IMG/VR virus record: IMGVR_UViG_2563366828_000009
From: a virus
Taxonomy: Duplodnaviria; Heunggongvirae; Uroviricota; Caudoviricetes
DNA length: 15,354 nt
Strand: one strand, 5' to 3'
This document shows, piece by piece, positions 7,230-15,023 of this stretch (position 1 is the first letter of the stretch; the number at the start of each line of letters is the position of its first letter). The notes below the pieces were generated by a model. It was not told the DNA's origin and did no database searches. It saw nothing but the letters and a program-made list of their open reading frames with translations. A program made the translations under genes and the position numbers.

Positions 7230-8175
7230 ACGCCCACTGGTTATAAACACACAGCTTGCGATGAAGATTGGCTTAAATGAAGCCATTGTGTTGCAGCAGT
7301 TGCATTACTGGTTGAGAGATACCAATTCCGGCATGGAATGTGATGGTGTTCGCTGGATTTACAACACAACGGAACAATGGCTGGAACAGTTCCCATTCTG
7401 GTCAGAGTCAACGTTAAAGCGCGCGTTTGCAAGTCTGAAAACGCTGGGGCTTTTGCGTTGTGAAAAGCTCAATAAATCAAAGCGCGATATGACCAATTTC
7501 TACACGATTAACTATGGAAGCGAGCTTTTAGATGATGGCAAATTGAGCGAATCCATCGGTTCAAAATGCGCCGCTCCATCAGGTCAAAATGACACGATGG
7601 AAGAGGTCAAAATGAAACGCTCCATTGGTTCAAAACGACCCAATGTCATCGGGTCAAAATGGCCCGATGATCCTACAGAGAATACAACAGAGATTACTAC
7701 AGAGAATAAAAACACTTTTCGTCCGGAAGCTTCGCAACCGGACCCGCAGACGGCTGAACAGGATTTTTTAATCCGGCACCCTGGCGCAGTTGTGTTTAGT
7801 GCGAAAAAACGCCAGTGGGGTAGCCAGGAGGATCTGGCGTGTGCGCAGTGGATATGGGGGCGGATCGTGGGTCTCTACGAACAGGCCGCCAGTGATGATG
7901 GCGAGATCATGCGACCAAAAGAGCCTAACTGGACTGTCTGGGCCAATGATGTGCGCACAATGCGGATGCTGGATGGCAGAAGCCACAGACAAATTTGTGA
8001 AATGTTTGGTCGGGTACAGCGGGATCCATTCTGGGTAAAAAACATCATGAGCCCGTCAAAGCTCCGCGAAAAATGGGACGAACTGGTCATCCGCCTGGGG
8101 CGTTCACCTGTACAGCGTTGTGTTAATCATATTTCTGAACCGGATACAGAAATTCCGCCTGGTTTCAGAGGATAA
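7210..8175 (+). CDS. phage replication initiator (O-like) containing an in-gene iteron origin
   Basis: 321-aa product from the ATG at 7210 (MSLLFAERPLVINTQLAMKIGLNEAIVLQQLHYWL...). Central region contains five iterons that encode repeated IGSK-type peptide units, as in lambda O/ori. Located downstream of cro and the cII-position gene. Confidence 0.7.
   Translation: MSLLFAERPLVINTQLAMKIGLNEAIVLQQLHYWLRDTNSGMECDGVRWIYNTTEQWLEQFPFWSESTLKRAFASLKTLGLLRCEKLNKSKRDMTNFYTINYGSELLDDGKLSESIGSKCAAPSGQNDTMEEVKMKRSIGSKRPNVIGSKWPDDPTENTTEITTENKNTFRPEASQPDPQTAEQDFLIRHPGAVVFSAKKRQWGSQEDLACAQWIWGRIVGLYEQAASDDGEIMRPKEPNWTVWANDVRTMRMLDGRSHRQICEMFGRVQRDPFWVKNIMSPSKLREKWDELVIRLGRSPVQRCVNHISEPDTEIPPGFRG
7551..7661. 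repeat. five 18-bp iterons (consensus about TCCATCGGTCAAAATG) forming a putative origin of replication, followed by an A-rich tract
   Basis: Copies at 7551-7568, 7574-7591, 7597-7614, 7620-7637 and 7644-7661, spaced 22-25 bp (about two helical turns). An A-rich ACAGAGA-repeat tract follows at 7675-7715. Confidence 0.6.
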
Positions 8176-8215
8176 GTTTTGATTTCAGGTCATGAGGTAA
8201 TTTTAAGGGGGACTT

Positions 8216-8617
8216 GTGGCAAAAGTTTTTACACAAGAAGAGCGGGAAAAAATTAAAGGGCAGGTGGTGGAACTCGTGCGCCAGAGCGGTCGTGAGACGT
8301 TACGGCAACTGGAAGCTAAAACAGGTGCGACTAGATATCTGATGAGCGTTCTTGCCAGAGAGCTGGTAGCCAGTGGCGATGTATACAACTCCGGCTACGG
8401 GTTATTCCCGTCTGAACAGGCGCGTAAGGACTGGCAAAACGCCCGCAAAAAACTCTCGAGGGCAAAGGTGAAGAAAACAGCTGTGGTTGATCCGGACCTT
8501 ATCTGGTCGTTACCTGATGGAGAAATACGTCGCTACGACAGTCGCCTAAACATAATCTGTCGCGAGTGCCGGATGAGTGAAGTTATGCAGCGCATACTGG
8601 CATTTTATCAGGGATAA
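8216..8617 (+). CDS. hypothetical phage protein (133 aa), possible winged-helix-like N-terminus
   Basis: GTG start at 8216 preceded by a strong AGGGGGA RBS (8203-8209). Follows the O-like gene on the same strand. No recognised motifs. Confidence 0.55.
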   Translation: MAKVFTQEEREKIKGQVVELVRQSGRETLRQLEAKTGATRYLMSVLARELVASGDVYNSGYGLFPSEQARKDWQNARKKLSRAKVKKTAVVDPDLIWSLPDGEIRRYDSRLNIICRECRMSEVMQRILAFYQG

Positions 8618-8835
8618 TGTTAGGTATTTTAGACGTTACTAGATTAAAAAGCATTAGTTCAGGAGTGAATTGACATTCTCATTTTTCATGGCACAGGGTA
8701 GATCTGGCGTGGTTGTCCGCTTTGTGCCAAAAGCGGACATCGAATAATTTCAGCAGCACTCAACCTTATTAACCAAATCGCCTCAACTCATATGGACATG
8801 CATCCGGAAGTGCCAACTTCGTAAACTTATTCACT

Positions 8836-10623
8836 TTAAGTCTGAGCCTCACTCTCTTGGCCATAAGTGGCTTGCCAGTATCTCGCCGTAGGGTTCATTA
8901 GAATGTGCAATACAAGCCACCATGCAAAAATGCAGGGAGGTTGATTGTAGTAACCGGCAGGCACATATCCGTGAGCTAGTTGATTTCGTAAATCACCATA
9001 GATTTTATCTACCAGTAAGGCCTGAAGATTGCCAATTATGTCTACGCCGAAAGCTTCAATAATCAGTGGATTATCTAGTAATCCCTTGAGTCCATTTCGC
9101 TCTTGCGAACCGTCCCCGTGAAGCTGCGATGGTTCCTCACCTTTAATTTTAGCCACATATCTCAGACTATTTTCGATCTGGGGAATCAACACGTGGCATG
9201 CCGTCATAAAATCTCCATTGAAACCGCAAACCATACCCTTGATGAAAAACTCTTCATGCCCAAACGGGATGAAGGGATGATTGATGAACATATCGCGAAA
9301 AAACGCCTCCGAGATTGGATATTTCATTGTGATCTCATCTGTAGCAGGAATAATTTGCCCAGCTACTGCCAACTCATGGTCGATACGCATTCTCGTCATC
9401 ATTATGGGCCAAATAACTGCCCCATTTGCATCATCAATCCCCAATCCTGCGGGTATGCGAGCAAGTGTCATTCCCTCATGATCAATATGTGTTGATCCAA
9501 ACATCCAAGCTATGCTGTTGGCCTTTTGTTCTATTGCTTGAGCCTTAAGTCTCTCAATGCTGGTTGGCCGACAGACCAGCATCGCAAGTCTGAAAACCAT
9601 ATCAAACATATCTCTTCCGACTACCCGACTCTTGGCTTGATGGACAATCTCACTAATATCTTGAGGGGGAGACTGAAGGATAGACATCTGGTGACGGGAT
9701 TCGATTTGGTAATCACGCATTTCTTCATACAGCGCAAGACGTTCTATTCGGGTTCCTGGAATATTAGCCAGTGCTTCAATAGCATTCTGCATGCAGGCTG
9801 CCGAAATCATACCGCCATCTTGGAATTTTGACTCTTCCAGATGTGTATCGGCAAGAAGCCGCCAGAATTCAAACTGTGTATCTCTGTCACAGCACCTATT
9901 CGCAATCGTGATTGCGGTTTTACAGGCATCGACGGCAAATGAAAATAATTTTTGAGCCAGATAGTTTTTTGTCAGAAACAGGAGTTCCTGGGCAATAAAA
10001 GATGGCTCACTCACTTTACAGTCGATATCGAGTTGCAGGAGTCGCAGCGGATAAGGTGAATCGCCTTGTTCTCTGGTACGTTCATACTCTGCTAGTAGAT
10101 GTGCCGAAAGCTGATCAAATTCATCCCTGAAATCAGTATTCTTTCGAAAAAAACAACACAGCCTAAGCGCACGCTCTAGGCGTTCTAAAGCACTAACCCA
10201 CGTCCCTTGCGATGTCATAATAGCTATACTGGACGCATAATAAGCACGGACTGCCAGCAAAGGAAAACGGATTCCACCAATTTTACGAACCCAAAGTGTA
10301 TCAGCAATACGAGCTTGAAGTTCGGGTAGCTCTATCGTCGGGCAAAATTGAGAAAGTACCTCCAGCGACAACCCGTTAATGTCATCCGGAATTGCAGATC
10401 TACCTTGGCTGCTTTGAAAGCACGGACCAAATGGTACCTGTGGATTTTCGGGACGAAAGTGAAAACCGCAAATATGGGTTAGCAGTCTTATCTCCGCTCT
10501 TCCATCACCTAGGCTAGAAAGATACTTTGTGATATCAAAGCAGGTAACTGGCAGCTTACTCTGGATTAAGGGGGATAAATCAATAGTGTTAAGTTCGTCG
10601 AGGCTGATATTAATATCGTCCAT
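8836..10623 (-). CDS. large orphan protein (595 aa) with C-terminal HEPN-like R-x4-H motif; candidate abortive-infection / anti-phage effector
   Basis: Long uninterrupted ORF on the strand opposite all flanking phage genes. ATG at 10623 has an AAGGTGA RBS. No Walker A/P-loop visible. C-terminal DLRNQLAHG (codons 8971-8988) fits the HEPN RNase signature R-[N/Q/H]-x3-H. Flanks are AT-rich non-coding DNA (8618-8835 and 10624-10990). Confidence 0.75.
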   Translation of the reverse strand: MDDINISLDELNTIDLSPLIQSKLPVTCFDITKYLSSLGDGRAEIRLLTHICGFHFRPENPQVPFGPCFQSSQGRSAIPDDINGLSLEVLSQFCPTIELPELQARIADTLWVRKIGGIRFPLLAVRAYYASSIAIMTSQGTWVSALERLERALRLCCFFRKNTDFRDEFDQLSAHLLAEYERTREQGDSPYPLRLLQLDIDCKVSEPSFIAQELLFLTKNYLAQKLFSFAVDACKTAITIANRCCDRDTQFEFWRLLADTHLEESKFQDGGMISAACMQNAIEALANIPGTRIERLALYEEMRDYQIESRHQMSILQSPPQDISEIVHQAKSRVVGRDMFDMVFRLAMLVCRPTSIERLKAQAIEQKANSIAWMFGSTHIDHEGMTLARIPAGLGIDDANGAVIWPIMMTRMRIDHELAVAGQIIPATDEITMKYPISEAFFRDMFINHPFIPFGHEEFFIKGMVCGFNGDFMTACHVLIPQIENSLRYVAKIKGEEPSQLHGDGSQERNGLKGLLDNPLIIEAFGVDIIGNLQALLVDKIYGDLRNQLAHGYVPAGYYNQPPCIFAWWLVLHILMNPTARYWQATYGQESEAQT

Positions 10624-10996
10624 GTCGTCACCTTGATGATTTGTTAATGCGGGGGCAACATTAATAAATGTACTTGAGACCGCAATTTGTCGATGGAGCC
10701 AACATTTATAACTATGTGCTTCTACCCTCTGAATTTTTACATGTGAATTGCTAGCTTGAATAGCTCTATCATTATATACGTGGCACTAAATTATGGCTGT
10801 TTTTCGCTCAAAGCGGACTAGAAGGTTAGCTTGTGTCGGACTTTGCGTATTAAAAGAAGTGCTGGTGGTGACTAGTGGTTGTGCCCCATTTCCACAGAAA
10901 AAATCAGAGAAACTATACCCAATAGTTGTATTGAATCACTGACGAGACAGCCTCATATTCATCAGGACTGGTCTACGTCCAATACAGGAGGTTGTG

Positions 10997-11086
10997 GTGC
11001 TGGTTCTCAAATGTGCGCTGGCTATTACGGCTGTAATGGCGATTTATTGTCTTGCTATTGTTCTTATGGATCGCCTTTCTGACTGA
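10997..11086 (+). CDS. possible small hydrophobic peptide (29 aa, VLVLKCALAITAVMAIYCLAIVLMDRLSD)
   Basis: Consensus AGGAGG at 10986-10991, 5 nt before a GTG at 10997. One predicted transmembrane helix plus a charged tail, the architecture of type I toxins and small phage membrane peptides. Frame differs from the 67-aa ORF in the track, which starts at a TTG with no RBS. Confidence 0.3.
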   Translation: MLVLKCALAITAVMAIYCLAIVLMDRLSD

Positions 11087-11297
11087 TTTCATATTGGCGA
11101 GGTAACGGTAGTTAAGTAGAATGGCTGCGGGTGCTTGAGGCTATCTGCCTCGGGCATGAACACCAAAGGCAGATAGAGAAAAGCCCCAGTTAACATTACG
11201 CGTCCTGCAAGACGCTTAACATTAATCTGAGGCCAATTTCATGCTAGACACATGTAGGTTAGCCTCTTACGAGCCGAAAGGCAAGGAGAAGCAGGCT

Positions 11298-11453
11298 ATG
11301 AAGCAGCAAAAGGCGATGTTAATCGCCCTGATCGTCATCTGTTTAACCGTCATAGTGACGGCACTGGTAACGAGGAAAGACCTCTGCGAGGTACGAATCC
11401 GAACCGGCCAGACGGAGGTCGCTGTCTTCACAGCTTACGAACCTGAGGAGTAA
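11298..11453 (+). CDS. hokD: Hok-family type I toxin HokD (RelF)
   Basis: 51-aa product MKQQKAMLIALIVICLTVIVTALVTRKDLCEVRIRTGQTEVAVFTAYEPEE; AAGGAGAA RBS 7 nt upstream. Structured leader with a CTATCTGCC...GGCAGATAG hairpin, and 3' fold-back hairpins plus terminator, as expected for hok mRNAs. Confidence 0.85.
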   Translation: MKQQKAMLIALIVICLTVIVTALVTRKDLCEVRIRTGQTEVAVFTAYEPEE

Positions 11454-11521
11454 GAGACCCGGCGAGGGAGAAATCCCTCGCCACCTCTGATGTGGCAGGC
11501 ATCCTCAACGCACCCGCACTT

Positions 11522-11542
11522 AACCCGCTTCGGCGGGTTTTT
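11522..11542 (+). terminator. rho-independent terminator of the hokD transcript
   Basis: CCCGC-TTCG-GCGGG stem-loop followed by a T-tract; a second hairpin GGCGAGGGAgaaaTCCCTCGCC lies just upstream at 11461-11482. Confidence 0.6.
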
Positions 11543-11669
11543 GTTTTTATTTTCAACGCGTTTGAAGATCTGGACGGTGCCGGAATAGAATCAAAAATAC
11601 TTAAGTAGCGCGCAGGGATAAGAGGGATGGTCCCTTAAAGGGGAGAGCTAATTATCCGGAAGGATTCTG

Positions 11670-11921
11670 ATGATGAACATCGAAGAACTGCGTAAAATTT
11701 TTTGTGAAGATGGCCTCTATGCTGTGTGCGTTGAAAATGGAAATCTTGTTAGTCATTACCGCATTATGTGTTTGCGAAAGAATGGGGCTGCGTTAATTAA
11801 TTTTGTGGATGCTCGGGTCACGGACGGATTTATCTTGCGCGAAGGTGAGTTTGTCACTTCATTACAGGCATTGAAAGAGATCGGAATAAAAGCTGGCTTT
11901 TCTGCTTTTGCAGAAGAATAA
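11670..11921 (+). CDS. rem: Rem-like small prophage protein (83 aa)
   Basis: ATG at 11670 with a GGAAGGA RBS. Length and position (between hokD and the ydfU-like gene) match Qin rem as I recall it; function unknown. Confidence 0.55.
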   Translation: MMNIEELRKIFCEDGLYAVCVENGNLVSHYRIMCLRKNGAALINFVDARVTDGFILREGEFVTSLQALKEIGIKAGFSAFAEE

Positions 11922-11987
11922 ACTCATCTACAATCTTGCGCGGGGCTGAACTCCCGCTGAGTAACACCGTGCCACCGGAGAAAACCG

Positions 11988-12266
11988 ATGGCACGCAACG
12001 TAAAATATTACAATTCTGATAATTCGCCCGTTCTTGCCTGCACGCACGGGCGGTATTCTCACGCATTCAAGTCTGAATGGTTCCAGCACCCTCCATGCAC
12101 TGCAGAACAGGCCGAATGGCTGATTCATTCTTACCGCAGGCGCGGGTTCGAGGTTAAGAAAGCTCTCAGTCTCGACTATCGGCACTGGATAATCTCTGTC
12201 AGGCTGCCTTATTCCGAACGCCCACCACGTGCGTCCCGCACTTTCCAGCAACGGATCTGGAGGTAA
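11988..12266 (+). CDS. hypothetical protein (92 aa), translationally coupled to the downstream gene
   Basis: ATG at 11988 with a GGAGAA RBS. TAA stop at 12264-12266 sits 1 nt before the GTG start of the next gene and inside that gene's RBS. Confidence 0.5.
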   Translation: MARNVKYYNSDNSPVLACTHGRYSHAFKSEWFQHPPCTAEQAEWLIHSYRRRGFEVKKALSLDYRHWIISVRLPYSERPPRASRTFQQRIWR

Positions 12267-12267
12267 C

Positions 12268-13317
12268 GTGCGGGTATTACTTAGACCTGTTCTGGTGCCT
12301 GAGCTTGGGCTGGTGGTCCTTAAGCCGGGCCGTGAATCCATACAGATATTTCATAATCCTCGAGTGCTGGTGGAACCGGAACCAAAAAGCATGCGAAATC
12401 TGCCATCCGGAGTCGTTCCTGCCGTTCGCCAGCCGCTGGCAGAAGACAAAACATTGCTGCCGTTTTTTAGTAACGAACGGGTGATTCGTGCTACTGGCGG
12501 CGTTGGCGCATTGTCTGACTGGCTATTACGTCATGTTACATCCTGCCAGTGGCCTAATGGCGATTACCATCACACTGAAACAGTCATTCACCGTTATGGT
12601 ACCGGCGCAATGGTGTTGTGCTGGCACTGCGACAACCAACTGCGTGACCAGACATCGGAATCACTGGAGCTGCTTGCTCAACAAAATCTGACAGCATGGG
12701 TGATTGACGTCATCCGTCACGCAATAAGCGGTACGCAGGAGCGGGAATTATCTTTGGCTGAATTATCCTGGTGGGCGGTCTGCAATCAGGTGGTGGATGC
12801 ACTACCTGAGGCTGTATCGCGTCGTTCGCTGGGATTACCAGCGGAAAAAATCTGCTCGGTGTACCGCGAAAGCGACATCGTACAGGGAGAGCAGACCGCC
12901 ACCAGCATATTGAAACAACGCACAGAAAATCTTGCACCGTTGCCTTACGCCCACCAGCAACAAAAACCACCACAGGAAAAGACGGTGGTAAGCATCACCG
13001 TTGATCCAGAGTCTCCGGAATCTTTCATGAAGCTGCCTAAACGTCGCCGCTGGGTTAAGGAGAAATACACTCGTTGGGTTAAGACACAGCCGTGTGCTTG
13101 CTGCGGTATGCCAGCCGACGATCCGCATCATCTGATTGGTCACGGGCAGGGCGGAATGGGAACAAAAGCACATGATCTCTTTGTGTTGCCTTTGTGCAGA
13201 AAGCATCACAACGAGCTGCATACGGATACAGTGGCATTTGAAGAGAAGTATGGCTCCCAACTGGAGCTGATATTTCGTTTTATCGATCGCGCGCTGGCAA
13301 CTGGCGTACTGGCGTAA
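12268..13317 (+). CDS. ydfU: YdfU-like prophage protein with C-terminal HNH-type Cys/His motif
   Basis: 349-aa product from the GTG at 12268, preceded by GGAGGT at 12259-12264. C-terminal QPCACCGMPADDPHHLIGHGQGG...LPLCRKHHNELH resembles HNH/zinc-finger nuclease-like motifs. Lies just upstream of Q, as ydfU does relative to quuQ in Qin. Confidence 0.65.
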   Translation: MRVLLRPVLVPELGLVVLKPGRESIQIFHNPRVLVEPEPKSMRNLPSGVVPAVRQPLAEDKTLLPFFSNERVIRATGGVGALSDWLLRHVTSCQWPNGDYHHTETVIHRYGTGAMVLCWHCDNQLRDQTSESLELLAQQNLTAWVIDVIRHAISGTQERELSLAELSWWAVCNQVVDALPEAVSRRSLGLPAEKICSVYRESDIVQGEQTATSILKQRTENLAPLPYAHQQQKPPQEKTVVSITVDPESPESFMKLPKRRRWVKEKYTRWVKTQPCACCGMPADDPHHLIGHGQGGMGTKAHDLFVLPLCRKHHNELHTDTVAFEEKYGSQLELIFRFIDRALATGVLA

Positions 13318-13330
13318 GTGGAGAACGAGC

Positions 13331-14083
13331 ATGAACCTTGAAGCCTTACCAAAATATTACTCCCCAAAATCTCCAAAATTGAGCGATGACGCTCCAGCGA
13401 CAGGCACCGGTTGTTTAACAATTACGGATGTAATGGCAGCGCAGGGGATGGTGCAGTCGAAAGCACCACTTGGGTTGGCCTTATTTCTGGCAAAAGTTGG
13501 TGTTCAGGACCCTCAGTTTGCGATTGAAGGCCTGCTAAATTACGCGATGGCACTGGATAACCCGACATTGAACAAATTGAGTGAAGAAATCCGGTTACAG
13601 ATTATTCCTTACCTTGTGAATTTTGCCTTTGCTGATTACTCCAGGTCTGCGGCAAGTAAGGCTCGCTGTGAGCATTGTTCAGGTACGGGATTTTATAATG
13701 TATTGCGCGAAGTGGTGAAACACTACAGACGCGGGGAATCTGTAATCAAGGAAGAATGGGTGAAGGAACTATGTCAGCATTGCCATGGTAAGGGCGAAGT
13801 CAGCACAGCGTGCAGAGGGTGTAAGGGTAAAGGGATTGTTCTGGATGAAAAAAGAACCCGGTTTCATGGCGTACCGGTATATAAGATTTGTGGGCGTTGT
13901 AATGGAAACCGATTTAGTCGTTTACCGACCACGCTGGCACGACGTCATGTCCAGAAGCTGGTACCAGACCTGACCGATTATCAGTGGTATAAGGGGTATG
14001 CGGACGTCATTGATAAACTGGTAACAAAGTGCTGGCAGGAAGAAGCATACGCGGAAGCGCAATTGAGGAAGGTGACGAGATAA
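13331..14083 (+). CDS. quuQ: late-gene antitermination protein Q (QuuQ-like)
   Basis: 250-aa ORF with Cys-rich zinc-binding motifs (CEHCSGTG, CQHCHGKG, CRGCKGKG, CGRCNG). Followed within 150 bp by a promoter-like element and a strong intrinsic terminator, the classic Q-PR'-tR' arrangement. Confidence 0.8.
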   Translation: MNLEALPKYYSPKSPKLSDDAPATGTGCLTITDVMAAQGMVQSKAPLGLALFLAKVGVQDPQFAIEGLLNYAMALDNPTLNKLSEEIRLQIIPYLVNFAFADYSRSAASKARCEHCSGTGFYNVLREVVKHYRRGESVIKEEWVKELCQHCHGKGEVSTACRGCKGKGIVLDEKRTRFHGVPVYKICGRCNGNRFSRLPTTLARRHVQKLVPDLTDYQWYKGYADVIDKLVTKCWQEEAYAEAQLRKVTR

Positions 14084-14114
14084 ATGATTTTTGCTGAAGA
14101 TGGCGACATGATGT

Positions 14115-14143
14115 TTGCATTTTTCAAAAAATATGGATAAAAT
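14115..14143 (+). promoter_or_regulatory. candidate late promoter PR' (with qut region) downstream of Q
   Basis: TTGCAT (14115-14120), 17-bp spacer, TAAAAT (14138-14143), about 45 bp upstream of the terminator hairpin. Confidence 0.4.
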
Positions 14144-14188
14144 TTTTTCAACGATGGGCTTTGTATACCCGACGTTAAGAAAAAGTAG

Positions 14189-14216
14189 AAAACCCGCTGA
14201 TGAGCGGGTTTTGTGC
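14189..14216 (+). terminator. rho-independent terminator (tR'-like) downstream of Q
   Basis: AAACCCGCT-GATG-AGCGGGTTT perfect 9-bp stem followed by a T-rich tract. Confidence 0.65.
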
Positions 14217-14504
14217 TTTAAATGGGGCAATGGTAATGTTGAATCTCATCCCGGGACTCATGTCTGTTAACTTATTATTTAGCTGGTGACTTGGTTATTT
14301 GCCTGATGTTTAAAATATTTTCTTCCAGTACAATGTCCCTAAACACAATGAGTCTGCTTATTATATTATTAGCAGAGCTATTACGGCCAAAGTACAGCAT
14401 AAGCTTTTAAAGCCAATCAACCAGTCATCAAGACAGACGGGGTTATTCATAAAAACTCTCCATGTGTGATCCGATGGGGCCTGAAATTAAAGCTTTAATA
14501 TAGC

Positions 14505-14717
14505 TCATGAAAGGTAAACATTGGCAGCTGAAGGGCCACGCAGACCATTTATCCGGCAAAATTCCACGCGTAATCCGGTGGTAATTTCTTCTGCATCGCG
14601 GAGATTGAGCGCTGAAACATGAAGCTGGACATCGATACGACCATCGGATGGGGTGATAAGACCCTTGCCGCTTTTGCCGTCAAAGGTTTTGACAATTCCT
14701 GTCATTTTACGGGACAA
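14505..14717 (-). CDS. cspF: cold-shock-protein family protein (CspF/CspH-like)
   Basis: 70-aa product [70 protein letters not shown] with a cold-shock domain. The annotated start is a TTG with an AAGGA RBS; an in-frame ATG lies 4 codons downstream. Adjacent to Q, as cspF is in Qin; cspH is the alternative identity. Confidence 0.75.
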
Positions 14718-15023
14718 AAAAATTCCTTAATACTGATAACTTGGCGCACTATACACACGTTCCTGAAGAAAGCTATAGTTTTTTGATGGGGTTGAAGATG
14801 GCTGGATGTCTAAAATAAACATTGCTTCATATGTTCAACTATGCGTTAATGATTGCGTCGGTTTGAAGAACAGACGATATACGAAGTAGTTTACTAAAGC
14901 AGTTCTCATTTCAGGTGTTATTCACTTATTCCTTCTTTGAGTCTCTCCAATTAAGTACGAAGTCGTTTCTGTTATGCAAACCATTTATGCCGAAAGGCTC
15001 AAGTTAAGGAATGTAGAATGTCA

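Noticed and set aside
9103-9831. ORFs 9103..9495, 9281..9481 and 9526..9831 on the + strand inside the 595-aa gene.
   Set aside because: They overlap the long - strand ORF that has a strong RBS; likely antisense artefacts.
10879-11082. 67-aa ORF with Cys/Gly/Tyr-rich C-terminus, considered as a possible microcin-like peptide.
   Set aside because: It starts at a TTG with no RBS and lacks a typical double-glycine leader. The consensus AGGAGG in the region is positioned for the other frame (GTG at 10997).
11241-11297. In-frame N-terminal extension of hokD (70-aa ORF from the ATG at 11241), considered as mok.
   Set aside because: The canonical 51-aa Hok start at 11298 has its own strong RBS. 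Whether this upstream ATG relates to a mok-like coupling frame cannot be settled without alignment, so it is not reported as a separate gene.
12710-13421. ORFs 12710..12973, 12835..13332 and 13206..13421 on the - strand.
   Set aside because: Antisense to the ydfU-like and Q genes; no RBS or motifs.
13922-14230. 102-aa - strand ORF overlapping the end of Q and the tR' terminator.
   Set aside because: It overlaps a well-supported gene and a terminator hairpin; likely spurious.
14484-14497. Perfect 14-bp palindrome ATTAAAGCTTTAAT just downstream of the cspF stop, considered as a terminator or binding site.
   Set aside because: It is AT-only, contains a HindIII-like core, and has no flanking U-tract on the relevant strand; too weak to call.
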